NCBI RefSeq assembly: GCF_031769215.1
Contig: NW_026782376.1
Coordinates: 372,001-436,000 of the forward strand
Direction of reading: 5' to 3'
Length of the DNA: 64,000 bases
From: Ylistrum balloti
Taxonomy: Eukaryota
Shown here: piece after piece, positions 22,391 to 35,400 of the stretch
Numbering within the stretch: position 1 is the stretch's first letter
How the letters are laid out: every line of letters starts with the position of its first letter
Notes under the pieces: generated by a model
What the model was told of the DNA's origin: nothing
Seen by the model: only the letters and a program-made list of their open reading frames with translations
Database searches by the model: none
Program-made: the position numbers and the translations under genes

Positions 22391-25300
22391 CAGTCTAGGT
22401 AACAGCTATTTCATGAAATACAAATAAAAATATTTCATTTTTCTCATTAAACGTTCTGCGCATTAGAACAATTATTATGATTCAATATTATGATTTCACT
22501 GTCACGTCCCCGCTTTTCTTTTTGAGGACGTTACATTACTTGCAATGTTTCAAAATATAGCAAAACACTCAGCTTATATTTTCATAAAAAAATACTCATT
22601 TGCCATGTTTTCTCTACATTTGATATACATATTCCATCAAATATTTTTCTTTGTAGAGATTTTTTCATGTCGCACCAGATCTGATTCAAGTTGATAAGGT
22701 ACTTACACTTCAGGATTCCAATATGCATTACGGTATATATTTTTATAACTATATATGTATCATTTACATTATTTGCAACAGCTGATAACGATTCATATGT
22801 GGAAAGCCAGACATAATTAAATATACATGAGCACACGTGTATAAGTATGCAATTTCGCTCATTGACTTTAAAGCAATGGTCGTAGAGGTGAACTTTTAGA
22901 TTTTATATAAGATATACGACATATATCTCTCCCGTATCTGATATCTGACAACATGTAGCACAAAAAATATTGTCTACTGCCTCATATGGACGACATTGTT
23001 GAAAAAAATCTATAGTCATATAAATACGTGTTTTGTTTAATCTGTACACGAAAAGTCACCAAGAGGCTTTCTTGTAACACAGATACAGTTATGTTTACTT
23101 TGTTAAGGCCTGTTGTCTGTTTTGATATTGTATTGATGTAATACACGTTTCATCGACACCCTATAAAGGACAAAATTAACGCCGCGACAAGATATACAGT
23201 ATTCAAAATGAATAGATACAATACTTTAACAGATATATATGACTTCGTTAGAAATAGCAATATGTTTACAAAAAATGGAGATGAAAATGTGTCTCTGTGG
23301 TTGTTTATAGTGTTATCAAACACATCAAAGCAGTTATATAGCTAGCAGTGCCCCTATGGATACATCAAATCATGTTTGCCTTGCAGCTACAATAATCAAT
23401 GCGAGTGATGTGATGGTTAAAGTTTAAAGATCTATTTGATAAGCAAACAAGTGACAGAATCAGTGCTTGATATTGGATTCCTGAGATATTGAAATGCAGT
23501 CCTTGTTTTGAAATGATATCATAACAACATTGAAAGTATGTATAGACATCAGATACAGATACAGATTCCGGGAAGAAGGAATTATTTTACAATGCATATA
23601 GCACCAAAACATAGCTCGAAGGAATAAACAACAAAAGTAATGTTTGAATCTATGATAGTAACCAGTCATGCCATGTTTAATTCGTTGCCTCACTATCTAC
23701 ATAAATACTTGACGTTTTTTTTAAACACTCGAAATTGAGAACTACGCCTTTTATTTTGAGATTAGTGCACTTAGTTCATCTCTGGGTTTTTTTTACCTTC
23801 TATGATTTATTTTCCATCGTTTTAATTTGTGAACTTGGCATTACTAGCCTGGAATTAAACGGCGGTTGCCCTCAATGAAGAATTTGCTTTCCATGTATTT
23901 TTTACATTTTTTGTCATTGTCTCATTGAGTTGCTTGAGAATTACGATCCTGTTGACATGTCGGTATTTTCTTAGCTTTTCTTCAGCATTTGAAAACCTAG
24001 ACAACACTGACGACCATTATAAGGAGGCATTACCTATATGATGCAGTTGAATATATCATGTAGCAATACTAAATATTGTCCATTAATTTGAATTGTACCG
24101 TTCTGGTTCCAGAAAAAGTTAATATGGAAAAATACGGTATTTTCGACGTGAAGACAGAAAAGAAAGATATATGAATAAATAAATCAATAAAAATAAATTT
24201 TGAATCAATACATGTTTCATTTTCTCACGTCGTATCGAATTTTATAAAGACTTTATGACTTTCTTCTTGGAAGAAATTTTCTCTCTCTGCATGTTTCGAA
24301 TATTGTACAAAAGACACACAAGAGGGAAACAAATGAAGAGTAAGATACTGTAAAGCCAAGCCATGATTTTAACTGTCCAAAGTAACCAGAATGATCAAAA
24401 CCTATATAGGGAGGAGTGCTAGCTCTGTTATTCAATCAACAAAAAAATAGAAATAAAAAAAATAAAAATAAATGAATGAATACGTGCTTTGACGAACCTT
24501 GGGGACTAAAAGTCCACCAGTAGTGGCTATTTGAAATACTTTGTCCTTTATAGATATAATGATACATCAGCTCACATTAATAATGGATTATAAATACACA
24601 TTGTGTATGTTTATAATTGTAAGACATTTAAAAATGGCAACAATTGGTGCCCATATTGCCTTTACGACACATTGTAAGTAAGCTGTTATCGTCGCTGTAT
24701 TTCTTGCATATTTGATAGGAGATCTAGGTCTGTGTGTTACATGTACTATCTAAAATACAGTAGCACATAGAGTACAATTGACCACATGTTTGCTCTGAAT
24801 AGAAGAGAGAGCATTTTGAAAATGGTATCTTGAGTCTTTTTCTATAAAGAGTTCACTTTACTTTCAATTGTAAAATATTCTGCAAGATGACGTCCATAAA
24901 GCTGAAAAGTAAAGGGGAATCGAATATCAGGATACGCTGATCTGCCTTTCAAAGTAAAAATCCGATAAACACTAAAAGCCGACATAGGCCGCCGTCTGAA
25001 TCATAACGGACAATGTTCCATGTGAAAGCTCTGTCGACGTTCCGTCACTTGCATTCATTTGCATCAATCCTTGCCATTTTATCATTTGGCATCTTGGAGC
25101 CTTTCACAGTATGCGGCTCCAGACGCACGTTGAAACCATCCGTGCGCTACTTGGAAGAAAAGCAGAAGTGACGCAGGACCAAGAATGATTGAAAAGGAAA
25201 AAAAGTCAATATCATATAGAATATTGACACTGCATGTCAGGAAAACTTAATATATTATCGCAGAATGTTGACACTATATGAAAATACATTACATCAACTC

Positions 25301-25848
25301 TAACATTGAACCAACTTAGATTTGAAGCACGTTAAAAAGATAGATATGGAGATTGGCATTTTGATAGCACATATTGTCTTAAAGAGGAAATAGTTGTGCA
25401 GATTATTTGTTGTCCAACAGAAGTAAACAAATTGTCTGCATGGAAAAACGAACAAACTTTATTTTGCTGTGGAACTGATAAAAGGTTGAAACTGAGACAG
25501 AATGTCCTTTTAGTATCCACATAAGAGTATAATCGATACCAAGTGGTATACACACCGGTTGCTATTGAATTGGTATGTCACGTCGTTTGTTTAATCTTCG
25601 GCCGCAAGGGTCATTTATGGAATGTTTGAGTTTTGAGCTCTAGCAGCTTTACCCTAATACTGAGTGTTTCCCCTCATGTATTGCCTGTACATATCTTAGC
25701 ATGACAAAATAATACCTTTATACTGTAAGTAGGCAGATAAATACATTTTTATTACTGTATTTATCAGTCTAAATGCGATTAGTGTGGTTCGGAATGTGCC
25801 TATCCGCCATTCGTGCTGCATATTAACGACCACATGTCTGGGTCTCGG

Positions 25849-25925
25849 TCACGCTTTGTCTGATCTCTGTGTCAACACGAAAGTGGTGGCGTTGGGATAC
25901 GGATTTGCGAATCCTTTGGGAAATT
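25849..25925 (-). CDS. Candidate terminal coding exon (EFPKGFANPYPNATTFVLTQRSDKA*)
   Basis: Pyrimidine-rich acceptor ctttttactttcattttgaag| and locally higher GC. No homology recognised and no linked exon. Confidence 0.18.
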
Positions 25926-27161
25926 CTTCAAAATGAAAGTAAAAAGATTATCAATTCTAGAACCTGTATACATAAACCACCCCAGTATATATCAGTGCTA
26001 TGAAAATAAGCCACTTTTTGAGGCAATCTATGAAACTGGTGGTATTAAGCCTCATTTCAATTCCTAGATAAAAGAGGATAGTCTTAAAATAATGAAAAAT
26101 GGGATTAATAAAACAGCAAGTTTGACATGAGATGACAGGTGGATTATATAATAAAAGAAAGAAAAAAAATCCTTCATTATGTTATATTTCGTGATTACGT
26201 CGTGGATGTCAGTTGACATATTTCAAACTGCTATCTTTCATTAGTGATTTAAACACTGGCTTCCTCTGCGATTCAGCTTCAAAGGAGCCACAGAGGTGAC
26301 TTCAGACTTTCACTCCTTGTCTAATACGGGGCTCCGATTGTATTTGTCTTTAACAGCATCGCGTTGCTTGGTGATAGTAATATTAATAATGCAAAATGCC
26401 ACGAAGTAGGACAATCGCGGTTAATTTCTACAGCCGTATGTTGTACCCTCGTAATAACGGAAATTATCGACATTTTCCTAGGAGACAATTAGCAAAATCG
26501 AACGGAACGGAATGGGAATCAGCATGATCCAAGTCTCACACATGCTGTAAAGCTGTTTTCGTGGTTGCTCAATTTTCTTGGGTTTTCTTTTAGAGACACA
26601 CCAAAAGCATCCGAATTTCCGAAAGGAAAGGTGACGGGTATATATATATATTTGTACAATTTTGGGTTACTTATTTGTCATGGTAATCCCTTGTATAGCT
26701 TGTATCATTTCATGGAATAAAATTATTAATTTGTTATTGGAATAAATGATAAAAGAAAACACCATGCCGAGTAAATATGAGACTCAAAAACTGAATTTAA
26801 ACCTTCGCTTTGTTGAGTCGGTATTGTTCTAGTTTAAATATTCAATTCAGTAGTAACTTTAAATTGGATTGGGTGCCATGGCATTACATACCAAAGTGGT
26901 TTTATGACGAAAATAGCTGTTTTATGTCATACTCAGCCTGATGTTGTTCTACTACGTTATTATTGAAAAAAGAGAATGTTTTGCCTAAGTAGTATTTAAC
27001 AGAATTATTGAGTTTCACGTTATTCCGAACTACATAGAGAAAAGTATAATTAAAAATTGTATATTCTAACAAACAAATGTTTTTGTTTCGTGGTAGCTAT
27101 TAAATGTTACTACTATCTTGGCTATGACAGTCTCGCAAGTTTTTTATGATTCAACAGTATA

Positions 27162-27184
27162 ATCTATCTACCTATCTATCTATC

Positions 27185-27233
<49 letters not shown>
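27162..27233. repeat. (TATC)n / (GATA)n microsatellite
   Basis: About 18 tetranucleotide units with two interruptions. Confidence 0.97.
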
Positions 27234-27999
27234 AGTCTCTTACCAATAAACACGGCACTCAGTAAGGATCAATGGCACACGCACTCTTCACGAAGATTTT
27301 ATCAAGTTTTCATTGATTTTATCTTTGATGCGTTATTTGATCTGTTTTGTTTTAAAACTGCCAAGTAAATTTGATTTATCAACGCTTGAGTTCGCGCTTG
27401 AAAGAATACATTATTATCAACGTAATGATCATATTAGAAATAAATGAAGAAAAAGCCGCACAAAGAACGCAAAATCAACGTATAAGACCGATTTTTTTCG
27501 GAATTTACGTGTTGCTCTGTGAAGCTTATGCATGTATATGTCAGTTATTTCAAAGTCATTTAAACTCTTCAAGAACATACCTCATGTATCATACGTTTGC
27601 GTGCTGAAAAAATCTATAATTGCAATTACACAACGAATACATTGACTTTACAAGACCAGACAATATGCCAAGCTTTTCATTAGCTCACTCCTTAGACAAT
27701 GCTTTAATAATGCATTACCTAGCCCTTTTTACATACACCTCGTTAAGACACTGTTGGTTAACCTTAATTGGCTAATCGGTAGATATTTGCTTTCGAATGA
27801 TTACAAACGTCTTCCAGTTGTATAGCTATCCTTGGAAGTAATTTGAGTGATAGTTTTTGCCATTGGGTATCGCTATCCAAGTTAAAACAATTTAAGAACG
27901 GAGCTTCGCAAGCGACAGTTTGCAGACCATTAAATATATTAGCACTTTAAGGATTGAAACTTAACAAGGACAGTCTGGTTTCAGCGGATATATTCAGAG

Positions 28000-28745
28000 A
28001 AAGAAACAAGAAAGTCTTTTATCTTTCCATAAGACACTTCGCAGCAAGTGGCTGGCTACGGTCATGATGGCAGCTTTGTAAACGATGTATATCGGGAGCC
28101 ATTAGACCACTAGTGCGTCTAACATCAGACCTATTGCCCTTATAATGGGCATGTGAGCCCTTTTATGACCGTCGCAGGAACGGTGTCTTGGAAAACATGA
28201 CGCATTGTCAGTTTTTTTCTTTAGGATTGCCATGGTCTCTAATGTCCAGCAGCCGATGGTGCTTTCTTTGCCGTTCGCACACTTTTTGAATTGAAAACTG
28301 GAATAAAGTTTGGTGGCTGCAACTACGTACAATTACCCTATCGTTTTTTTTTGTTCTAAATATGGATGGACAAATGAGAATATTTTGCAAACGCAACATC
28401 CAGGAAGTCCTTTTCTTTCTCCATGTGTTTTAACGGATTAGTGCCGGATCGAACCGAAATGAATACTTCAAACCCGACTCCGATTAGCATCGCTTGCGTT
28501 TGAGTGCTCACGTTGGAGATTTGAATAAAATTGACTTTTGCGTACGTAATTCTCTACACTAAACATTGTTATATCATACACGTTTTCAAAGAGGGGTGCG
28601 TTTTTGAGCCCCAACAGACAAGCATTAGATGAAATGATGTCTTCCATTTCTTCCTCCACAAATTATTCCTGGATCTCGTTGTCAGCCTCGTCCTCCTCGT
28701 CGTCGTCGTGATCATCCCCCTCCTCCTTATGTCGTCTTAAAACAT
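28000..28745 (-). pseudogene. Decayed ORF with an acidic tract; tentatively a piggyBac-like transposase relic
   Basis: EEGDDHDDDEEDEADNEIQE, then PLFENVYDITMFSVENY, KKAPS..CWT, RD..MAILK..TDNASCFPR..PIIRAI. This loosely follows the piggyBac order PL..F..FD / PS..YW / MSRxRF..IL..LH..DN..PR..RP. Catalytic motifs not seen. Confidence 0.28.
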
Positions 28746-29382
28746 GCGCACTTTTTTTTTACCTAACAATACCAGCAGTTAGAAAACACGAAAAGAGATG
28801 AACGCGAGCAGTTAGATAATTCTACCTCCGTGTAATGTGCCTTTGTCTCCGATACCTGACAGTTAACAAATTTGTTGTTTTTAACTGATTATATACTGGT
28901 TCCGACTCTATTACTCTGTACATCTGTCTTATATCCTAAAACAGCAGCACCAGTGAGAAAAGCGAGCGAATGCCATCTGTCATGGAGACGAATACTAATC
29001 ACCCTTTAACGTCATCTCGATAACAGTACAGCTGTTTGTGGTGAACATACACTATGAATTGTGGATGAATCTTACACCCTAGGGCGAGGTTTCTAATTTC
29101 CTTTATCTTACTTTATTTTTTTCTCTAAATATAGCCTTGCAAAACAAATCTCAAATGTCACCATACTTTCTTTCTTTTCATTTGCTAAGTAATCATTAAT
29201 TTTGCCTAAGATTAGTTTGGATAATTACAAGATACAAAAAGTCAGATGAGAAAATCTCCTAGTAATATATTAAAGACAACACTAAAGATTTACAACAGGG
29301 AAGACAGAGGGAATACATCTAGATGCGTATTGCATAAATTAGACTATTGCCATACTGAAACATCGGTCACACGGAAACTGTG

Positions 29383-29474
29383 AAAGGAAGGAAGGAGGAA
29401 GGAAGGGAGAAAGGGAGGCAGGGAGGAAGGAAGGAATGGAGGGAGGAAGGAAGGAAGGAAGGGAGGGAGGGAGG
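29383..29474. repeat. (GGAA/GGAG)n polypurine microsatellite
   Basis: About 90 bp, almost entirely purine on the + strand. Confidence 0.95.
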
Positions 29475-32400
29475 TAGTAAAGAATGATTTTGCGAAGGTA
29501 TTTGTCTTCGCTCCCTCCTCCAAATTTCTCGATCTTATTTCTGGCTTCCTACATGTATCAGTATCATTTCTCCCTATTTCATAAATCACACTATTGTGAA
29601 TGGAGGCATTTTCAGAATAAAGGGATGCGTACACTGTATTTCATTAGAAAGGTAGAAATTTACTTGAATATTTAGACATTTTCACTTTTGTGTTTGATTT
29701 TGTTTCAGTTTGATTTTTAAATCCGGTCCAAAATGTTGATGACGTTCATATCATAAAGATTAAAGTCGGATTTCTTTCCCTAAATAGGTAGATACATTTA
29801 CCGTTAAAACAGACATGACCATATTTTATACCGTTTCTTTATATCGTTTTCTAAAATAAAGTTTCATAAGAACACGACATGTTTTAAATAAAATAAAAAA
29901 AAAAAAAATAAATAAATTTGACTTGTATTACGGACAATGACAATGTCAGTCATTGAACACAAAATCATCTCAATTTAACATGTCGTTGGAATCGTGTGGT
30001 ACTTCAGCTTGGTGATTATTCTGATATATTTCTGATATATTTTTCGTGAGACTTTTAATGTTAACATGTAATTTGAGTGTGATGTAATCTACTGTAAATG
30101 TTGTATTTCGTATTGATAAACAAATAAAGAAAGTCTATGAAAAATGTGTGACTCCTTAAGACACAAGTTTTATATAAGTTGTAATTCTTTGTTTATTTAC
30201 CGTATGGCTGGTTATTTTCACGATACATATAAGTAACCGCAAAAAAAAAAAAAATCCGCGAAATAATAAATCAAGTGTGTATGAAATGTTCTTTCATCTA
30301 GATCGCGAAATGTTCAGTCCTTATTCCATAATTCAGCCTTTTTATTAACCAGCTTTACAGTATTGTTATTTATTTGCTTAACGATAAATTCAGTTACTAT
30401 TGTTCTTTATCATATAATAAAATTTGGTCCAGCTGAAAAATTGCCAGCATCTTCATGTGCTTTCCATCAATTTGCCACGTGCTATTTTCCAGTTCAGATC
30501 GTGGTCTGGTACATGTACCTCAGCTCAATAAGGCATACACTGTGCCTTGTGGAATAGATATAGACGACGTTTCGATGAATATTAATCAATTTATGTCGTG
30601 CATGACCAGAATATCGAATTAAATCTATAATCAGTCTTCACATTAAATATCTTCCTAATTAATTTAGAATTGATTTTGTAGATGATGTAAATGCGTATCA
30701 ACACTTTTGGCCTGTAGTATTACAGTAAGTCTCTTACAAACGGTTGTGGTCGGCTGATATCTGGAATGTCTTTATTTTGTACACAAAGCCGATTGCCGAA
30801 CTAGGAAAATGATTGCCGTCTTCCAGACTTCTTTACGACTACCCACATCAGTTGGGAAGGCGAATGTTTGCCTCCACAATGTTTGCCTCCATGAATGGTT
30901 GTTCAATGCAGAAATCGATGACTTTAAGAAAACTGCAAGATTAAACGCTATATTACATTATGACCGTGTACCGGATAACACACCATCTCCCTACCGTCTT
31001 TTTTCCCCTGAGTATAAAATATTTTGTATACGATATTAAGTCATACCTTTTATACGTTAATTAAGACATTCATACTGCCATGAACGTCATTTATACAAAG
31101 GTTTTCATTAGCCCCCATTCCGTACATTCCGTGTTACGGAAGGTTTCTTCTATGATGTTTCCAATATGAATAATGCAATTCGTAAAATGCTAGCTGCGGG
31201 TGATGACAAAGAGTTGGTGGTGAAAAAAACCAGGTCAGGGAGATATTGAGTGCATAGAACTCGGAGAAACACATTTAATGTCAAAACTTTTTCCGTTATG
31301 TTCTGTGGCAATATCGATCATATCGGGTCACCAATACACAGTAAAGCCTTTGGGTAGAACAAACGATATGTATTGTTTTGATAACATATGATATCTATAT
31401 TACCAATCAAAAAGTAAAAATATGATATATTATGACGTCACGACTGAATATCAAGGAATGCTTATTTGAAACATATAGGTAATATACAATGGATAAATGG
31501 CCAACTGACTAAAATATGACACAGAAAAGAAGTTGTGCTCTGTTTTATTAGCAAATGGCCAATTGACGCATTATAAAACAGATGTTAAATTCATTTCATT
31601 CGCCTGACATTCAGATGAATCAAAAACTGGTCAAATAGTTTTGTAGGCAGATGACGTTTTCTCCTTTACAAATCTTGGTAATCAGTGTGAATGATTCTCT
31701 TGTTCATATTTTCTATTATTCCAACGAATTTGAGTTTGAATTGTGAATCTGTTGAGTTGTTTGTTTTTGTCAGTGTTACAAAGAACATCTGACTCCTCTA
31801 GTTTGAATCAATAGTCTGTTGACACGACGGTATTTATTAATTGTTTTGATTGATGTTTTTATTTTTAATATATAAAATTTCAGATGTCTACTCTATGACT
31901 GATTCTGGATTTTAACTAAACCAACTAATAATCGCAGCCTCTTATTTTCGTAAAGCCGACTTTTAGAATGTCGCACATTCGACACCACTTTTTCGGTAAG
32001 AATGTCAAGCTGGTAAGCTAGCTAAGCATGCAAGCTTGCTAAAAACACCAGTATAACACTTACAGAATAATTGTGATTTTTTTCAAAATACCTAGGTGAT
32101 GTGGTTTCATGTGTATATTAGTGCTGATTCATTTGTATAACGCTTATTGTAGGTCTGACATTCGTTTGGTGGGTTTAAACAGCGTTTGGTTAACACCAGA
32201 TTAGTTTATAAAAAACGTTGAAGGGCATTGCTGTTTTTGTTTTCTATGTATATATTTCCATATCATTTTTATATGAATACTCATCTTGAATAATGTAAAC
32301 AGCTGATAAAACCCAGATGTTAGTTCATGCTGATTCTTGTTAAATGCAAGGGCAAGGCCTATGCGTCTCAAGAGTCCTTCAGACTAAGAAGTAGACACAT

Positions 32401-35400
32401 AGCGGGAGCTCACTCCTTTATCGCTTTGTATCAGCGCGGTTTCAAATTGTTTTTGACATGATATAGAAATAAAAACAAATTATCCATTTGTGGATAGTTT
32501 TATGTTTGGTGATGATATATTTCCCTTTGGGTGTATCGTATTGTGGAAAACTCCAAATTGGATATCATCTTTGCTGCGAATCCAGATGAATTGAGTCTCA
32601 TCATGCTTCTATTTGTCCACTGCAATTATATTTTCTGAACAGTGTCTGACATGATAAAGACAACCTAATAACGTGTGTGTTGGTAGCTTATCATATCTAT
32701 TTCTTCTTTGAACTCCTTTTCCTTGCTTTGTGTTCGTTTGTTTGCTTGTTTGTTTTTCTTTTCTAAGGTTTCATTGCTTAAGTGGTTTCTTTTGTCTTTG
32801 TTTTTTCTCTTTTTATCGTCATTATTTGTTGTTGTTTTTGACAAATAAGGTGCGCCGGATTATCTGCAGTAATGTGATTCCGAACTGCAGATAAAACAAT
32901 ATATAGAAAAGATAATGAAAAAATATATACTGTAAAATGACAATTTTTAACAGTCATATTATATTTTTGCGATTTTTGGAATTCTAAAGGTCAGATTCGA
33001 CGTCATATCTATCACGAAAAATCTCAATCAGAGTACTTTTATTTGGCAACACAAAATGAGATAAGTTTTGATCGATCCAATGTTTGCATGTTATGGTAGG
33101 CAGCTCATCACAAGAGATAATTTCCCTGTCGATATTCAGAATCAACGGCGTGCTTGATTTTTTGGCTCAGTGGATCAGATAGAAAATATGTGTGACGGTC
33201 ATTCAATCACTGTTACATGGAATTCGTGTTGATTGGCTAACGTCTAGTACAGCACTCATTACGATAAATTTACCTCTAAAGATGGACGAGTGGTTGTCAA
33301 TAGTGTTAAGTAATAACTACCATTACAATAGATTGCAAAAAGTCAGGATGATCGAACAAAGAACAGGTTTTGCTTTAACAAATACTAGAAAGGCATATAA
33401 AACAAACATGGGTTTGTTTTGATGTACAACGTACACTGGAAGAAAGAGAAGAACAGGTTAACACTATAAGTGCTTTATATCATGATTCAATGTGTTGGAG
33501 ACCAGGATTTGTTGTAAAGTTATTAAGGGAGATAAGGGTTGTTTTGTTTTTCGAAACGAGACACGGTAGGATTGGAGTTGGGTAATGAGTTTGTGTGGAG
33601 ACCGAATCCTGCTCTAACACTTTATAGGAGACCAGAGTAATTGAACATCGAAGGAGAGACTGGGTTGATCGTGTTAATGCATAACAATGAAAAATATACC
33701 AACATGTCACCAGAATCTAAATTCATGCTCTAATTCGGTCAAAAGAATGTTTTGCACCCTCTGATATCACAGATATTTTGTCATGAGATCATTATGTTGA
33801 TTTCACAACATCCCATCACTCTTCATCAACACGCATCTCTTGAAATTCTGTGTTTTGACTTGATCAGTTGTGAAGTGTGGTTTTGGCAGCAGGATCCAGG
33901 AAAACAAAAGCATTTTTTGATTTCATGTTATAAGTATATTACTGATATTTGTTGTCTTCGTTCGAACAATTCAGAGAAATCTTACAATTCTCTGAAATGT
34001 CGCTCGTTTTGATTTTTGAAGACCACTAACATAATCATTTCAGATAGATTTCATCTATATGCAATATAGACTGAAATGTAAGGCGAAACCTTTTAATAGC
34101 GTCATATTGGTAAGGCTATATTTTCTTATCCTTTGATGAACATATTCGTGTAGATTTAAATGTAAATGGACTTTTGGATATTTAGGTATATACTAAATTA
34201 AGATTGGCAGAATAGGAAATACTTTCAATCTTTAAAAAAAATTACTCTGATTTTTTCTGATGTCGAAAGAACATTTGAAATTGAAAATGAAACACTCCAT
34301 TACTTTGCGTGCGGTGCTGCTCGAATTACATTCAGCATTGCTTCATGATTCTTTCCTCATAAATAGTTATTTCTACAAATCATTCAAACGTAGTCACAAT
34401 CTCACGTCGTTATAAACAAGTGTCGATCTCTATGGGAGAAGTATATTCATTGATCGTATCCCATAAATTCTTCTTTTGTATTCAACTGTTTCCGCTGGCT
34501 CCCTGACACCCCTAGCGTTGTTAGTTTGCCACTCAAGTGGACATAATTTGGCTGTCTTGGCCTCGCGAGGCCTCATGGATTGGTTTATGTGTTTATTGAA
34601 TGAAAGCGTTTCTGAGACCATGTAATGATAGCTTTAATGGTTGCTCCAGATAACATACTACTGCCAATTGGAGAAGAGGCACTTCTATTTTTAAACATTG
34701 GGAAATACCTAATGGACAATGATGATTGATTGTCTCTTAAAAATCTATTTTCTTTGTTTTGATCAACATGGGCATTCTTTGCCAAAGGAAGAGTAACATA
34801 TTTTTCTCCAAAAATCCAGACGAAAATGGGTACAAAATAGCATTGCTAAACAATCTACCTGTTTGATTAATTTCGTATGAATAAATCAAACACCATTACT
34901 GAAAAGGGGAAAAGTTCAAGACACACGGAAGTTTGCCTATGTGCTAGATAAATTTGTTTGATAAATCAAGTAAAGATTGATTACGTTATTCATATATACG
35001 TGCAAATACATAGCAATAAGTGACATACACCAGTCGATCAGGTGTCCTTTTTACAATAACAAAGGGAGTTTGATTCCACGGGATTCCTGTTGACTTACTT
35101 GTTCGACGATAAACTACGTATAGTTAATCAAATTTCTCTAACCATCCCTGATCTTCTCACCACAAATATCTTATAAAATTGCAGTTGACAAAAATGTTCA
35201 TATAGATATTTTTTTTCAAAATGTTAAAATACGAAAAATACTTCGTGTAGGCTAGGATGACTTGTGGCAATTTTTTCTCTCAAACCATCCTTTATCTTAG
35301 CCTGCAAAAACATTTTTTTCAATATTGCCAACCAATAACAAAACGATTTATACATGTATTTTCTTAATTTGCGAACAATAGAAGAGTGGGAATAGACAGC

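Noticed and set aside
28060-28150. GPCR TM6-like reading (ALVV*WLPIYIV)
   Set aside because: In-frame stop at the Cys position, and no NPxxY or other helices.
28440-28500. tRNA or tRNA-derived SINE head (ggttcgatcc B-box on the minus strand)
   Set aside because: No cloverleaf, poor A-box and no acceptor stem.
31280-31300. DEDD exonuclease II motif HNGKSFD (possible Polinton pPolB piece)
   Set aside because: Lies in a roughly 30-codon frame bounded by stops; no Exo I or Exo III motifs nearby.
33500-33710. Degenerate mollusc SINE
   Set aside because: Only vague resemblance; no Pol III boxes could be verified.
34559-34572. 14-bp perfect palindrome ggcctcgcgaggcc
   Set aside because: Isolated, with no supporting context.
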